Assembly (NCBI GenBank): GCA_010093605.1
Contig: MU004182.1
Location: forward strand, 1,907,195-1,971,194
From: Lophium mytilinum
Lineage: Eukaryota
DNA: 64,000 nucleotides
Reading direction: 5' to 3'
The notes beneath the pieces are model-generated. The model searched no databases. It saw only the letters and a program-made list of their open reading frames with translations, and was not told the DNA's origin. The translations under genes were made by a program, and so were the position numbers. Below are positions 39,610 to 51,593 of the stretch, piece by piece (the stretch's first letter is position 1; the number at the start of each line of letters is the position of its first letter).

Positions 39610-40534
39610 ATGTCCAAACTATCTCCCATCCTCAAATCCCTCATCAACGCCGCCCACGCGCGTCCCGGTCCGATCCCAGCTCCACCGCAGATCAACTCCA
39701 TCTTCAAGCAGATCGAGAGGGAAGCTAGGGAACGACATGTTGGGCGTCCGTCATGGCTGGCTCTGGCAGTAAAAACTCCTTTCATCACTTCAAATGCGCA
39801 ATAGCCCCTCCAGTTGACTAACATGTTGACAGACAGCCACGACCATGACGCTGAACTCCCCCGGCTCCCTCAGTGCCCTCTATACCGTCGCGACAGCCTC
39901 CTCCTCGCCTTCTTCCGCCGTCCAAACTGCCGAATATATCCGTGAAGCTGGCCTGAAATGTGTCGGGTTCAATGGCCTTCCCAGAGTCATCAACATGCTC
40001 AACGCCTTCCATGCCTCTCTTCCCGCTTCCGTCGCATCGCAGCTCAATACCCAGCCCTCGCGAGTACTGAAGCCGGAGTCCGTGTCGGGAGTAGCAGAGA
40101 GGGGAAAGAAGCTATGGGACAGCATCTACCGTCCATTTGAGAACAAGCTGTACAATAAGTTGGCGACGTCACATCCGGATCTGCCGGTCCATATTCTGAA
40201 TTCCGAGTACGGGGCTCTCCTGGCTGACCCGCCTTCCAAATTCCAATCGCCGGCTACGGCTGTTGGGCGAGTGAATACTTCTATCATTGCTGTCGCTTGT
40301 CTACGAGCACAGCAGGGTGTCGGACCGCAGGTCCTGTCACACGTCTTTGGGCTGCGGAAGGCGGTTGAAGACGGGAGCTGGCGAGATGACGTTGCAGCCG
40401 TTGACGATGGAGGCGAGGAAGGCGTCAAGTGGCTCGCGAGTGACGAGGGCTGCGTATGGATATTGGAGAAGGTAGACAGCATCGTTGAAGCATTGGGAGG
40501 TGCAAACTTTGCACCGGCCAGGGCAAAGCTTTGA
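39610..40534 (+). CDS. AhpD/carboxymuconolactone-decarboxylase-like protein with peroxisomal PTS1
   Basis: Intron 39769-39832. [46 protein letters not shown]-terminal AKL. Confidence 0.75.
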
Positions 40535-40853
40535 GCATGCTATGCTTACATTTGCTTCGTATGAAAGCATACTGCCATCTTCAAAATCTTAATACCACAC
40601 TGTTAACACCATATTTCTGTTTTTCCGTCTCGTCTGTTTCCATGAGCGCTTCAAGGTGAGTCTCGGCATATCAATTCAGTGATGACAACTGTCAGATTCA
40701 GTAAAATCAGTGCATCAATCACATCGGCACCCTCGCTATGAAAACGCGACTATCCCAAATGACCAAACATGATAAGAGAGATCATCTCTCGCTACCATCT
40801 AATTTGGCACAAACCTCATGTGTCAGTTTACTCGTCGCCGCCTCCGATCTAAA

Positions 40854-41063
40854 TCTGGCGGAGTCCAGTGATTATAACGCAACTCAGATATGGTACCGAC
40901 TGCTCGATCTCATTTACCCAATTTGGCCACTGATGACTTACTGACCGGCATACAAGATGCTGGGTGTTCACGACATGGCGGCCGCCGAGTAGTCACTCCA
41001 GTTAATCCAGAGGCTCAGCAACTCGTCAAAACTGAAATACAAGTTCGATTCTCAGCGCCGGAG
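40854..41063 (+). ncRNA. Degenerate second tRNA-like/hairpin element (possibly a pseudogene)
   Basis: Acceptor stem TCTGGCG/CGCCGGA with the same TAAATC leader as 38734. GTTCGATTC B box in a T stem interrupted by about 7 nt. Internal stems GACTGCTCG/CGAGTAGTC and CCGGCAT/ATGCTGG. TTTTT at about 41073. Confidence 0.5.
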
Positions 41064-41276
41064 ACACAGCTATTTTTCCTTCTCGCCTCTTGTCCATTGG
41101 TGTTGATATGCAATGCTAGAAGATAGCCACAGAAATGACAAGAAATACAGATGGCAACTTAAGTCCGAAACGTAATCTCACATCATAAATTATCCCAATT
41201 TATTTCTTTTCGGCATCTGAGCTGCCATTTTTCGCTTCCCCCCTCCAACCCGAATCCAGTCCACCTTTCAACACTT

Positions 41277-42728
41277 TCAATACTGTCCATTACTCTTCAA
41301 CTTCGTAAATCCCGGATACTTACTAAACTGGCTCTGGCTAATACTTCCGAGCACCGGGCAGCCTAGCCCATTCGTCGCACTACTAACCGCCGCCCCCAAC
41401 TTATCCTTTGCAGGATCAATATCCTGATACAACCCACTCAAAATATCGGGCGCCTCCTGCAAACTCGCCTCCAGCCCAAAACAAATCAAATTATTCACCT
41501 CAAGCAGATTCTTCGCATTAAACACGCCCCCAGTTAGCATCTCCAAATCAACCCCCGTAAACGAGTTCGTCGTCCCCGTATTCCCGCCGACAGAAAGGAA
41601 CTCCGGATGCTCGAGCGCCATTGCCAGCGCGTCCTCAGCCAGGTAAGGGATAGAATAATAATCTACCGCGTTGCGCTTATACCAATTATCCGGGAACGTC
41701 TCGTGGCCGGGCGTGTACTTGAAATTCGGATAGTCGCCAGTTACGCTGTAAAATGCTTTGAGCGTCTCGCCGTCCAACAAACCCATCGGATGTTCCGCGG
41801 ACTTGTTACCCATGAAGCGGTAGATGAAGCTCCACGCCGCGGGGGAAGCGATGACGCCGCTGAAGGGCGCGTTGAAGAAGTAAGGGTTCTCGGACACGCT
41901 TTCCTGGAAGCGTGTTGCGCGGTAGGCGGTTAGCACGGAGAGGTCGACGGAGTCGCCGTTGGCGCGGCCGAGCTCGTAGAGGGCTTTGAACTGCGAGGGT
42001 TGGAGGAGGTAGTCGTTGCCGCTGAACCCCGTTAGCCAGAATACTCGGCGCTGTGGTAGGGCCGGCAGGTGAGTGAGGCAACGTACTACTGGTACAAATC
42101 ACCCCTTGTAGGCGACACATCCCCTTCGTACTTGTTATGCGAGCCGGATAGGCCTTGGGGTGAACCCAACAGCCCGCCTAAGTTCAGTAACGAAGGATAC
42201 GGCCCGCCGATGGAGTACTTCGTCAGATCCCCGTCGAAGATGGCGCCGTAGATGGCGAGGAAGGTCGCGAGGTCGACGCCCATCCCGAACGCTTCTTGCG
42301 TGCCGGTAATGAAGTCGGTGATGCTGCCGACGCCGCTGTGGGGCATGTAGCCGTGGTTGGCCATGGCGTTGAGCCCGGGGCCTTGAAAGCGTTAGTTATG
42401 CTTACAGTGACCGGGTAGAAGGGGAGAACGTACATGGTCCCCGCTGATCACTCCCGGATGGCGGGACGAACTTGTGCGCGCCAGTGTTACTGACATATTG
42501 CGATTTGGCGTCGAAGGGGGGCGTGACGCCGGCGAGTTGACGCTTTTGCTTGGAGAAGGGGCATTCCGGGGGAGCTTCAGAAGACGACCTCTCCTCTACA
42601 GCGGCGCGGGCTTCGTTGTGCGTTCGGATTTGGATCAGAGCCTCTGAGAGGTGGGATGGGAAGGCGAAGACATCCTGAGGTGTGAGAGAGAGTAATGCCA
42701 CAGCACTATATGAAATGAAAGCCTTCAT
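41277..42728 (-). CDS. Secreted heme-thiolate peroxidase / unspecific peroxygenase (long type)
   Basis: Signal peptide MKAFISYSAVALLSL. DQRGPC|PGLNAMANHGY (PCP heme ligand) and SHNKYEGDVSPTRGD (EGD motif). Two introns. Confidence 0.9.
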
Positions 42729-43299
42729 CTTTCTTTCTTAAGCCTCGGAAAGAATATAGAAATGAAAACAAAGAATATCAGAAAGATATGCAACGGTGGT
42801 AGGAGCTCAGTGTTCATTTATATATCGTGGTTATCCCCTGCTAACATCGTCACTATTGATTCGTGCTACTCCCATTCCAACACCCCCCAGATGAGCTCCA
42901 TCACGATCGACAGCGCGCGCCCAGCAAACGTAAAATGCAAGCTTAAATTGCATCCATGTCCCCACCCCCCTTCCACACCCGAATTCAGCCAACAACCTCC
43001 AAATCCTCATGTTGTACGAGGTCCATCCTGTGCTCCCGACCCTAAACGGCATTACCCCCGCCCATAGTGCCCAGCACGAACGCACGAGCGGCATCTCACC
43101 ACGGAGGCGGCATGGAGATGAAGCATGGTTAAATCGCTAGCGCTGCTCGTCCGTCGATCATTGCGGAGAAAGCGCCTCCTTTTAAAGTATGTGGCGCCCT
43201 CTCAGCCAATCACGGACCGGGGATCGACAAGATCCCGAGGATGATTCACTGGTTTCCCAGCTCGGCCGCTTGCTGGCCCGTTCCTAGCGTGGCTGGGAC

Positions 43300-46200
43300 G
43301 GGCTATAGTTTAGATTGCCTGTATCTTGGCGGCAAACATTTTACAATGCCTATAAACGCCTCCAGGACGCCAGATTAACACGCCTATACTAATTAAGGCC
43401 TAGTAACTAGTTCCTAGGCCTATTTAAGTATTAGCTCTATTATCTTATATTATAGAGGTATTTTTAGCTACTATATAACTCTATATAGGCCTTAGCTATA
43501 GTATTAAGGTGTAATTTCTTATATACTTTATATACCGCACACTACTATTATTATTATAATAGCTTTTAGGCCTCTATATAAGCTTATAAATTAAACTAGG
43601 CTTAATAGGTTTATTTTTAATAGATAGCCGCCTCTAAGGCCCTTCTAGAGGCGCTTAATAAGCGCTAAATTGCCTAAAATAGTAATAGATATATATATTA
43701 AGCTATAGAGAATATAGCTAAGCTACTATACTATAGAAAGCTATAGAGAAGTAGATTTAAAGGCTTTATAGGCCTTATCTAGTTAGAAGAGCTATAGACT
43801 AACTTTTACTATAGCTATACTAAGAATCTATCTACCTATATTTCTATACTATATTAGTAATAAAAAAGTAATAAAAATTAATAGATTTTAATACTATAAA
43901 GCCGTAAGAACTTACTATATAGAGGCCCTTTCTATACCTTTTTAAAGGCCTTAATTTATTCTTTCTATCTTATATAGCCTCTTATATAGCCTCTTATATA
44001 GCCTTACTATTATTATCTATAGCCCTGCTATTATCTATATACTTACTATTATCTATAGCCTTTAATTCTGCCCTAAATTAAGCTATTCCTAGCCTAAATT
44101 AACTACTTTTTATCGCCTGCCTTATTGCCGCGATGTAATTAGCTAGTGTTTCTAATATTAGTAATTAATTTAGCTATTAGAATAAAATCTAACTTCTTAT
44201 CTATAATATAGCTATTAAGGAATAATAGGCTTCTTATATGCATGCTAGTAAGAATAGCCGCCTAGACCTCCGCTACTATTTAATAGAGGATTATAACTAG
44301 CGTCTCTATACTATAAGAAAGAAGAATAAGAAGTTAATTACTATAGTAAAGGTTAATAACCTCTACTATTATATTAGGGCTCTACTAGTTGCCCGGGCGC
44401 CTTATACTTATATTAAGTACCTACTAGAGGTGCTACCTTAATTTCTATATATTAATAGAGTAACACTAATAGTAACTATCTAGTCTATAGTTGCAATATA
44501 CTATAAAGGGCCTATTAAGAAGGCGCAGGCTTAAAAGGTTTAGAAGATTCTTACTAGTAAGAAGATAGTTACTATATAAGAGGACTACTAGAGAATTTCT
44601 AAGTTCCTCTAGCGCCTTTATAAGGCTAACCTAGGTATTATAATAGACCTTATAATATAGGGTAATATCTTTCTACGCATCTTTATCTACTCTAAGGAGA
44701 GTAACCTCTTTTTTAGTAATAGTCTTAGATAGATAGAACTTAATAGAATATACTAGCGGAATAGCTATAAAGGCGTTATCCTAATAGCTATTAGGCGTAA
44801 CTAGAATAATAAGATCTATCCGCTAGTATAGAGTATTATAGAGAATAAAAGTAATAAGATATAGGCGTAGTTCTATATAAATATAATTAGGGCTATAGTA
44901 GTTCTAAGGGCTAGCTAGTAGACTATCTACTTATAAGTATTATTTTCTTTTTTAAGAATATCTATGTATTTATTTATTATAGAAAGAACGCGCTAAACGC
45001 GTTAATTTTAGTAAGAAATTACGTATTTATAAGCAAGTTCCTATTATAATAAATAAGTATAGATATTAATAAAAATTATAATAGCCCCCTTTTAATTTCT
45101 ATACGCCTATTTATAATAGTATCTATACCTCTTAATTTCCTTCTATATACTTCTTAACGCCGCAGTTAATTTCTATACCTATTTTTATAGTCTCTATTAA
45201 CTATACTATTCTCTATAGTAGATTATTTAAAAATCTATCTACTTATACTATTTTTTTTATAGTAATTATAATAAAGGCCTAATTAATACTATTACTATCT
45301 ACTTTCTAGCCTACTACGCTATATACTATTGCTAGCACCTTATAGAGAATATTAAGAAGGCCTATAGAGTTACTAGCTTACGCCTATTCTATATAGTTAC
45401 TTAATATACTAATAATATATTATTTTAGTAGAATATAGCTAAAATAGCTATTTATAGCCTAGGCGCTGTAGCCTATATACTTACCTAGAACTCTAGAAAG
45501 TAGCTATTAAAAGACTACCCTACTAGGCGCTTTAGGTCTATTACTAGCGGCGTAAGTAAGTTCTAGAATAAGGTTATCTATAATAAGCGCTTAAAGTTAA
45601 TACTCTTACTTATTAGCTTTATCTAGTACTAATATATTATAACTTATACTAAGTACTACGCTAAGATTATAAAGCTTAGTACCTCTATCTAGCGCCTTTA
45701 TAATTTTAATAGCTTTAAGTACTTTTTTTAGTATAGCTAGAAGCTCTATATATAGGTATAGAGGGAGGGCGCTATATACTACTACTATTTAAATATATTT
45801 ACTAACCTAGATAGCGCCTTTCTCTTAATATATATTCTCTACTACTATATAGTAAAGGTCTATATAGTATGCCTTAACCTATATAATTATATATATAAAG
45901 AATTCTAGAATTATAACTTTTCTTACTACTATACTATTACTATTATTAGCGCCCTTAGGTAGAAGATAGAGAGATAGGTATAATTCTTCTATTAAATTAC
46001 CTTATAGCTAAGGTTCTATAAGGCCGTACGCCTACCGCTAGTATACCTAGTTAAGCGCTATTCTTAGCCTATAAGAACTAAGGATATTATTTTATTAAAT
46101 ACCTGCCTAGCGCCGCCTAAGAAGATGCTTTAAGGTCTAGTGCAGCGCAATTAATAGCGTGTAGGTAATAGCTATAGCCCTGTAAGAGTAGAGGGCTAGG

Positions 46201-47157
46201 CGTACTTAGTATATAGCCTAAGGGGTTATAATAAATAGAATAAATAGAAGTATAGAGAATATATAATAATTTAATATATTTTAATACTTTTATATAGGAA
46301 TTAAGCCCTTTTTTATAGTCTCTAGGCCTATTTTCCCTTAGTTTAGTATATAGGCCTTTATTAGTTACTTCTTATATATTTTTAGTTAATTTTTAATTAA
46401 TTATATTAACTACTTCTACTAGTAGAACGCCGGCTATAATCTAAGCCTAATTTAAAGGCTATTACTAACTACCTAATTAGATTAGTTCTACTTAGCAAGC
46501 TAATTAGATTATATAGAAACTTAATACTACCCTACTTATTTATTCCCTAATTAAAATCTATTACCGCTAAGTATTCTTACTTACTATTTTTATACTTTTA
46601 TTTAAAAATTTATAACTTTATTAATTTCTATACTAAATTATACTAAATTCTAGCTTAATAATTCTTAGACTTAGCGCTATCCTTTACTAAAAGGTAAGAA
46701 GTAAAAAGAAAGCAACCTTACTAGAAATTAAACCTATAAAAAGGTCCCTTATCTATAGTAGAGCCGGGTTAGTGCCTATTATTATAACTATAGACGCAGT
46801 AGTAGATACTAACCTAATACCGCCCTACTAACTACTAAACTATACTAGAACTATTAAAGAATAGCTAAAATTATTAATTATATATACCCTAAAATAATAT
46901 TATAATAATAATAGGGGTGCAGCATATAAAGCATATAAGAAATTACACCTTAATACTATAGCTAAGGCCTATATAGAGTTATATAGTAGCTAAAAACACC
47001 TCTATAATATAAGATAATAGAGCTAATACTTAAATAGGCCTAGAAACTAGTTACTAGGCCTTAATTAGTATAGGCGTGTTAATCTAGCGTCCCGGAGGCG
47101 TTTATAGGTATTGTAAAACGTTTACTGCCAAGATACAGGCAATCTAAACTGTAGCCC
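43300..47157 (+). mobile_element. Mutator-like (MULE) DNA transposon, full length, RIP-inactivated
   Basis: 241-bp TIRs (43300-43540 and 46917-47157, starting GGGCTA.AGTTTAGATTGCC) and a perfect 9-bp TSD GGCTGGGAC (43291-43299, 47158-47166). De-RIP'd MULE motifs: AIGxDWNNEIYPLVW..VENES.ETWAWF at about 44785-44875, SDCDKGL...CCQHL.EN at about 45260-45350, SWIM-like CxC...PCCH at about 45880-45945. Confidence 0.93.
44932..45247. mobile_element. Probable solo LTR (316 bp) inserted in the MULE transposase
   Basis: Ends TATAAG...CTTATA (RIP'd TGTAAG...CTTACA), flanked by CTACT/CTATT 5-bp direct repeats. Lies between two normally adjacent MULE motifs. Confidence 0.6.
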
Positions 47158-48083
47158 GGCTGGGACGGGATGGCTGCAAGGGGTAGGGGCTTCATGCGGT
47201 GAAGCGCGGGTTTGCTGGGCTTCTGAGTGGTGGGATGTGCCTCGGTGTTTTGGGTTTGCGTCTGGTTTGGGAAGAGGGGAGAGGAGGTTGGGAGGGTGGT
47301 CATGGGGGATGTGACGTATCTGGTCGGCAGATGGTTCTGTGTGTGTTTGCGATAATGGGGTGTCTTTTGGTGTGGTTGTCTTATGGTTTGGGGTATGGGG
47401 TAAGTTAGGGGGTGAGTATGAGCAGATTGACTAGGTTCAAGCCCTTAAGTGGTAAGTGTGAGAACGAACATGGTCCTGGAATGAAGGTTGAATATAGTGA
47501 CAGATTTTGTATCTTAGCGGTAATCTGAGTGCCTGATGTTGGTACTGTGACTTGATAATACCTACTGTTGTGTCTCGTTTATGGACTTCTAATGTTTACC
47601 ACCCTAGCCAATCCGCCCGAAAAGCCCTTTATATTCGCAGTCTTTTCTTTCATCACCTTTATAGTATAATAGATCTAGTTGGAACTCAGGAAACATGACG
47701 CTACAGCTGAAAAGAAAGGGAGGTCCGAAGAAACACACAAACAAATAGCTCCAAGAAAGCACGAACAAGATCGAAAATCCTAGAAAACCTTAGCAAGTCA
47801 TTCACACCTATCCTCCTCATCTCTCTCCAAGAATCAAGTATAGCCGAGATGTCTCAAGAAACTCAAAGCGCTGCAAAGATCATTCTCCACCATCCCAGCA
47901 TCGCAAACAACACCCCTTCTCCACACTATGAGCTCCTCATCGAAAATTCCACCCACAAGCTCGTAGTTGTATATCTACACCACTACCGCTGCTGAGCGGA
48001 CCACATCCCGCGCACACTCACCTTCAACACGCTTCGACCACCAACTCAACACCTGAACCAAACCCACAACTCTGAAACCCAAC

Positions 48084-48257
48084 ATGTGCTCCACCCTCAG
48101 CGTCACCTACTGCTGCTACTGCGAAGCCGCACGGGATCGAGTTTTCCACTGTCCGGATTCCAACCCGCCATGTGTTTGCCACCGTCATATCACTCAAGTA
48201 TACCGGCTGTCGTGGTCGTGCGGAAGATGCTGGAGGGCGTGGATCAGGAGGAGATGA
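48084..48257 (+). CDS. Small Cys-rich protein (57 aa), absent from the ORF track
   Basis: MCSTLSVTYCCYCEAARDRVFHCPDSNPPCVCHRHITQVYRLSWSCGRCWRAWIRRR, 9 Cys, good CAACATG start context after an AC-rich leader. Confidence 0.5.
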   Translation: MCSTLSVTYCCYCEAARDRVFHCPDSNPPCVCHRHITQVYRLSWSCGRCWRAWIRRR

Positions 48258-48353
48258 ACACCGGGGTAGACGAAGCGGAGCCCGGAAGATGTTGGAGGGC
48301 GTGGATCAGGAGGGGCTGAACACGGGAATGGAGGGAGCGAAGTTCAGAAGATG
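48222..48353 (+). repeat. 62-bp tandem duplication (about 2.1 copies)
   Basis: GGAAGATGYTGGAGGGCGTGGATCAGGAGG.. at 48222 and 48284, with a partial third copy AGAAGATG. Confidence 0.85.
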
Positions 48354-48527
48354 TAACGGATGCGAGGGATAGACAAGGCAGAGACAGGAACACTTTGATG
48401 GATGGGTGTGTACAAAACCCACGAGGAGGTGGCGTGTCATGATATCTACAGTTGTGGTACACACATATGATACAAAGCCTTTCTACAAAATGTACATCTC
48501 GCCGCTATGCGATGCCCCCGATGTTAC

Positions 48528-50900
48528 TTACAGTGGTGTTTCAGGGTAGGGCTCAGACTGCTCAGCTAACCCTCGCCGACACCAGTCCCTCAAGCGTTTC
48601 CATTCAGCGTCCACAATACCGGGCTTTACCCCCTCGTCATCGACTAGTGGTTCCGCGATCCGTACACACTCGTACAATGCTCTCGCTACATCGCCAACGC
48701 ACTCCACCGGTGGCCGCTCCATGAGCATATCCGGCGTCATGGTCCTCAGTACCTCTTGCATCATGTCGCGATCCGCGGCCTTGGTGAGAGAGTCGAGAGC
48801 GGTGATGTAGTGTTCCGCCGACCGAGGAATCTGCAGCCGAGCTAGGAGACGCCAGATGTCACGGAAGCCAATCCAGTCTCGGATTGAGCCGTAGCTACGG
48901 AGGAGATCGAGATAGATGTCTGGGTCCATAGGTTCGAGATCGTAGATCGCGATGAAGTTGCGGAGATATGTTCTTTGAGCTTGTAATTGTGTGGCTGATG
49001 TTGGTAGTTTAACTTGTGCATCCGAGACTGAATCTACATCTGTTGGTTCAGAAGGCTCGACTAAGAGATGCTTGTGGAAGGAGAGCATGAGTTCGGGAGT
49101 AAGTATTTTGTAGTTTAGGGCCTCCATCTCTTGGAGGATTTGTATGCAGCGCTCTAGCTGAGGCAGGGAGGGCAGATTTTGTGAGTTTCGGACGCTGACT
49201 TCTTGAAGTCGCAGTTCAAGGACCGTCTTGTACATGTGTTCAGAGGGTGTGAGACCAGAGAAGGCCATTTCATCGAGAAGCGAATCACTGTACGCAATAT
49301 CATACCCGGGAACTTCGATCTCGACAGCGTGTATGAACATCTCCATCCAGGCCTCAAAATGATACAGTTGGCGACCAAAGTCTGGGATGAGCTCATGAAA
49401 GTCGTGTAGGAACGTTGAAGATATCCTGTCGCTGAAACCAGATCCAAGTGCCTCGTATGCAGAGTGAATGGGCATAGCTCTTAGTTCTTCGAGAAGAAAT
49501 CGTAACCCCTTGAGGTCATCTGGTCGAGCTTTGGTAGGTTCAATTAGAACCTCGGTAGCAGCGTCTGTGGATTGAGGTCTTCTTACAAATGCATGCGGTG
49601 GCTGAATCGAAGTCATCCCGAAGATCGAAAAGCCGTGGGCGGTCGAGAGGGGGCTGATGCCAACAGTGTGCAACCGCCGAACTTGTTGAGCTGATTGCGA
49701 ATTCGACACTCGGGGTAGTGAAGATCTGGACACAGTCTCCGAAAGTGCATCCACAATTTGTGACGGCGACGAGCCCTCTGACTCCTGTTCTGCCTCTTGC
49801 TCCAATTCACTCGCTTGATCCCTATCCGCTCGTCGCAGTATTCTTTCCCATAGACCTTCCAAGTCGGTCTCTTGTCTTTTCTCTTCCGTAAACATCTGTA
49901 CAACAATGTTGACGCCGTCTGTTCTCCGCCCGAACCCGATAAACCCTTCTCTTGGAGGCTCAGGCTCCTCAGCCTCCGCACCTTGCACTCTTCCCACAGT
50001 TACACAGACCCATCCAGTTCGTATTCCATCATCGATGTTTTTGTCATCCATCTCTTGTCCTCCGACATTAGCCAAGAGACGCATACGACGCGCCTTTCTC
50101 CTGAGTTTTAGCTTCAGCTCGTTCCTTCCTAGCAGTCCGGCAGCATGTGGCTTCAACTTGTGTGTACTTCTCAACCAACGGGAAAATCTGTCCGCGGAAA
50201 CGTGTAGATGCTTCTCGCTACGCGCCGTTCCAACAATCATTATAAGCTTGGAACCCAGAGCTGGTGGTGGATCGAGGTGGCGGAGATCGAGAAGATTAAG
50301 GTCATCGAGACCGAGGTCAACAGAGATGCGCTGCAGGATTTCTTCGAGTATAGGGGGAGGATTCTTGGGGAGCTCAGGAATGCGCTGTCGGTGTGCTAGA
50401 GGGTGGGATTCGTCGAATGCGTCGCGAGGCCGCTGAACTTGGAGATACCAGGGTACATTAGGATCCACCGGCTGGGTTGGTTTCGGACTCGCCTCCAAAA
50501 TCGAAGCTGGGTCCTCCTCTTTTAGAATTTCCCTCTTCTCCAGAGTATCCTTGCGTGGGTCTGCAGGCGACGATTGAAGTGTGCTCGGTGTCTCATGCAG
50601 ATGCCATGCAATTGGGACAGGCTCTTGTCCCTCGGGCGCAGGTCCGTTTGCGCCTTCGACTAACCCATCTTCTCCATCAAAGGGAACGTTCGATGCTGAC
50701 TTCCGGGTTTTGCGAGGGAAGTTATGGGACGGAGTGGTGCCAAAAGTCCTGCGCTGGCCTAAAGATGCCGTTGAGTTGGCCGACGTCGACTGTTCCCGGA
50801 ATGGCACATTGACACCCGAGATGGAGGCGAACGATCGAACGACTGCATAGCGGCAGCCCTTGCATCGCAGTCTGGATGCGACGGCGTGGTTCATGGACAT
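48528..50900 (-). CDS. ATP25: Mitochondrial ATPase synthesis protein 25
   Basis: Arg/Ser-rich presequence. VPWYLQ, LDLRHLDPPPALGSKLIMIVGTARSEKHLHVSADRFSRWLR, GLLGRNELKLKLRRKARR, DDGIRTGWVCV, VVQMFTEEKR (RsfS-like N domain). Confidence 0.9.
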   Translation of the reverse strand: MSMNHAVASRLRCKGCRYAVVRSFASISGVNVPFREQSTSANSTASLGQRRTFGTTPSHNFPRKTRKSASNVPFDGEDGLVEGANGPAPEGQEPVPIAWHLHETPSTLQSSPADPRKDTLEKREILKEEDPASILEASPKPTQPVDPNVPWYLQVQRPRDAFDESHPLAHRQRIPELPKNPPPILEEILQRISVDLGLDDLNLLDLRHLDPPPALGSKLIMIVGTARSEKHLHVSADRFSRWLRSTHKLKPHAAGLLGRNELKLKLRRKARRMRLLANVGGQEMDDKNIDDGIRTGWVCVTVGRVQGAEAEEPEPPREGFIGFGRRTDGVNIVVQMFTEEKRQETDLEGLWERILRRADRDQASELEQEAEQESEGSSPSQIVDALSETVSRSSLPRVSNSQSAQQVRRLHTVGISPLSTAHGFSIFGMTSIQPPHAFVRRPQSTDAATEVLIEPTKARPDDLKGLRFLLEELRAMPIHSAYEALGSGFSDRISSTFLHDFHELIPDFGRQLYHFEAWMEMFIHAVEIEVPGYDIAYSDSLLDEMAFSGLTPSEHMYKTVLELRLQEVSVRNSQNLPSLPQLERCIQILQEMEALNYKILTPELMLSFHKHLLVEPSEPTDVDSVSDAQVKLPTSATQLQAQRTYLRNFIAIYDLEPMDPDIYLDLLRSYGSIRDWIGFRDIWRLLARLQIPRSAEHYITALDSLTKAADRDMMQEVLRTMTPDMLMERPPVECVGDVARALYECVRIAEPLVDDEGVKPGIVDAEWKRLRDWCRRGLAEQSEPYPETPL

Positions 50901-51593
50901 GAGGGAGGCGTGAAAGGATGAGCAAGAAGAGCCTAAAATCTTTGGGATGAGGACGTTCGGAGATCAGTAGTTCCGCCCCGGTTTTGTTCCCTATAAGCCA
51001 ATCAGAGCGGTGCAGCCTGAATTAAACTGGCCAGTCATGTTCGTAATCTACCAGGACTAGCCCTCTATTTTCACCCTTTTCCTGCCCCATACAAAGGTAT
51101 AGAGGAGATTCTAAGCTCTTCCCGTTCAGCAAGTATCAAGACCGCCAAACATGACCGCTCCTCTAGCAGCCAAACTTCGAACGAAGCCTAAAAGTTTTTG
51201 GGGATAAAGGCTAATCCCTTGACTTGCCTCCTCTTTTGAAGGTTAAAGCACAAACAGCAGCCAGTATGGTTCTTCAGTCGGAGCACAAGTATGCGTCATG
51301 TACCCAAACTTGGAGTCTTCAGTATAAGCAGAGAGAAATTGCAAAGATGTGAAATGGAGAAGTAGTCACCCATTTAAATGAACTAGATACGCAACCCGTA
51401 GACCGCATCCCCACATTACGGATCATAATTAGCTTAGAGGCGCAGACATTACATCCGCCCCTAGGTGCTGAAAGGAAGAAAGAGACAGCCCTTATGCGGC
51501 ACTGTGACTACAAGAACGCCCGCTAGCTCCTACGCCCATCCCTGTATTCCCCATGCCTTCACCATATTGCCATGCTAACCCACCCCAACTCTC

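Noticed and set aside
47079..47408. Short ORFs of 74 aa and 69 aa
   Set aside because: They overlap the MULE TIR/TSD or GT-rich low-complexity flank, start at non-ATG codons and have no coding features.
47430..47446. GGTTCAAGCCCT as a possible tRNA T arm
   Set aside because: The stem is too short, and no acceptor stem, A box or terminator lies nearby.
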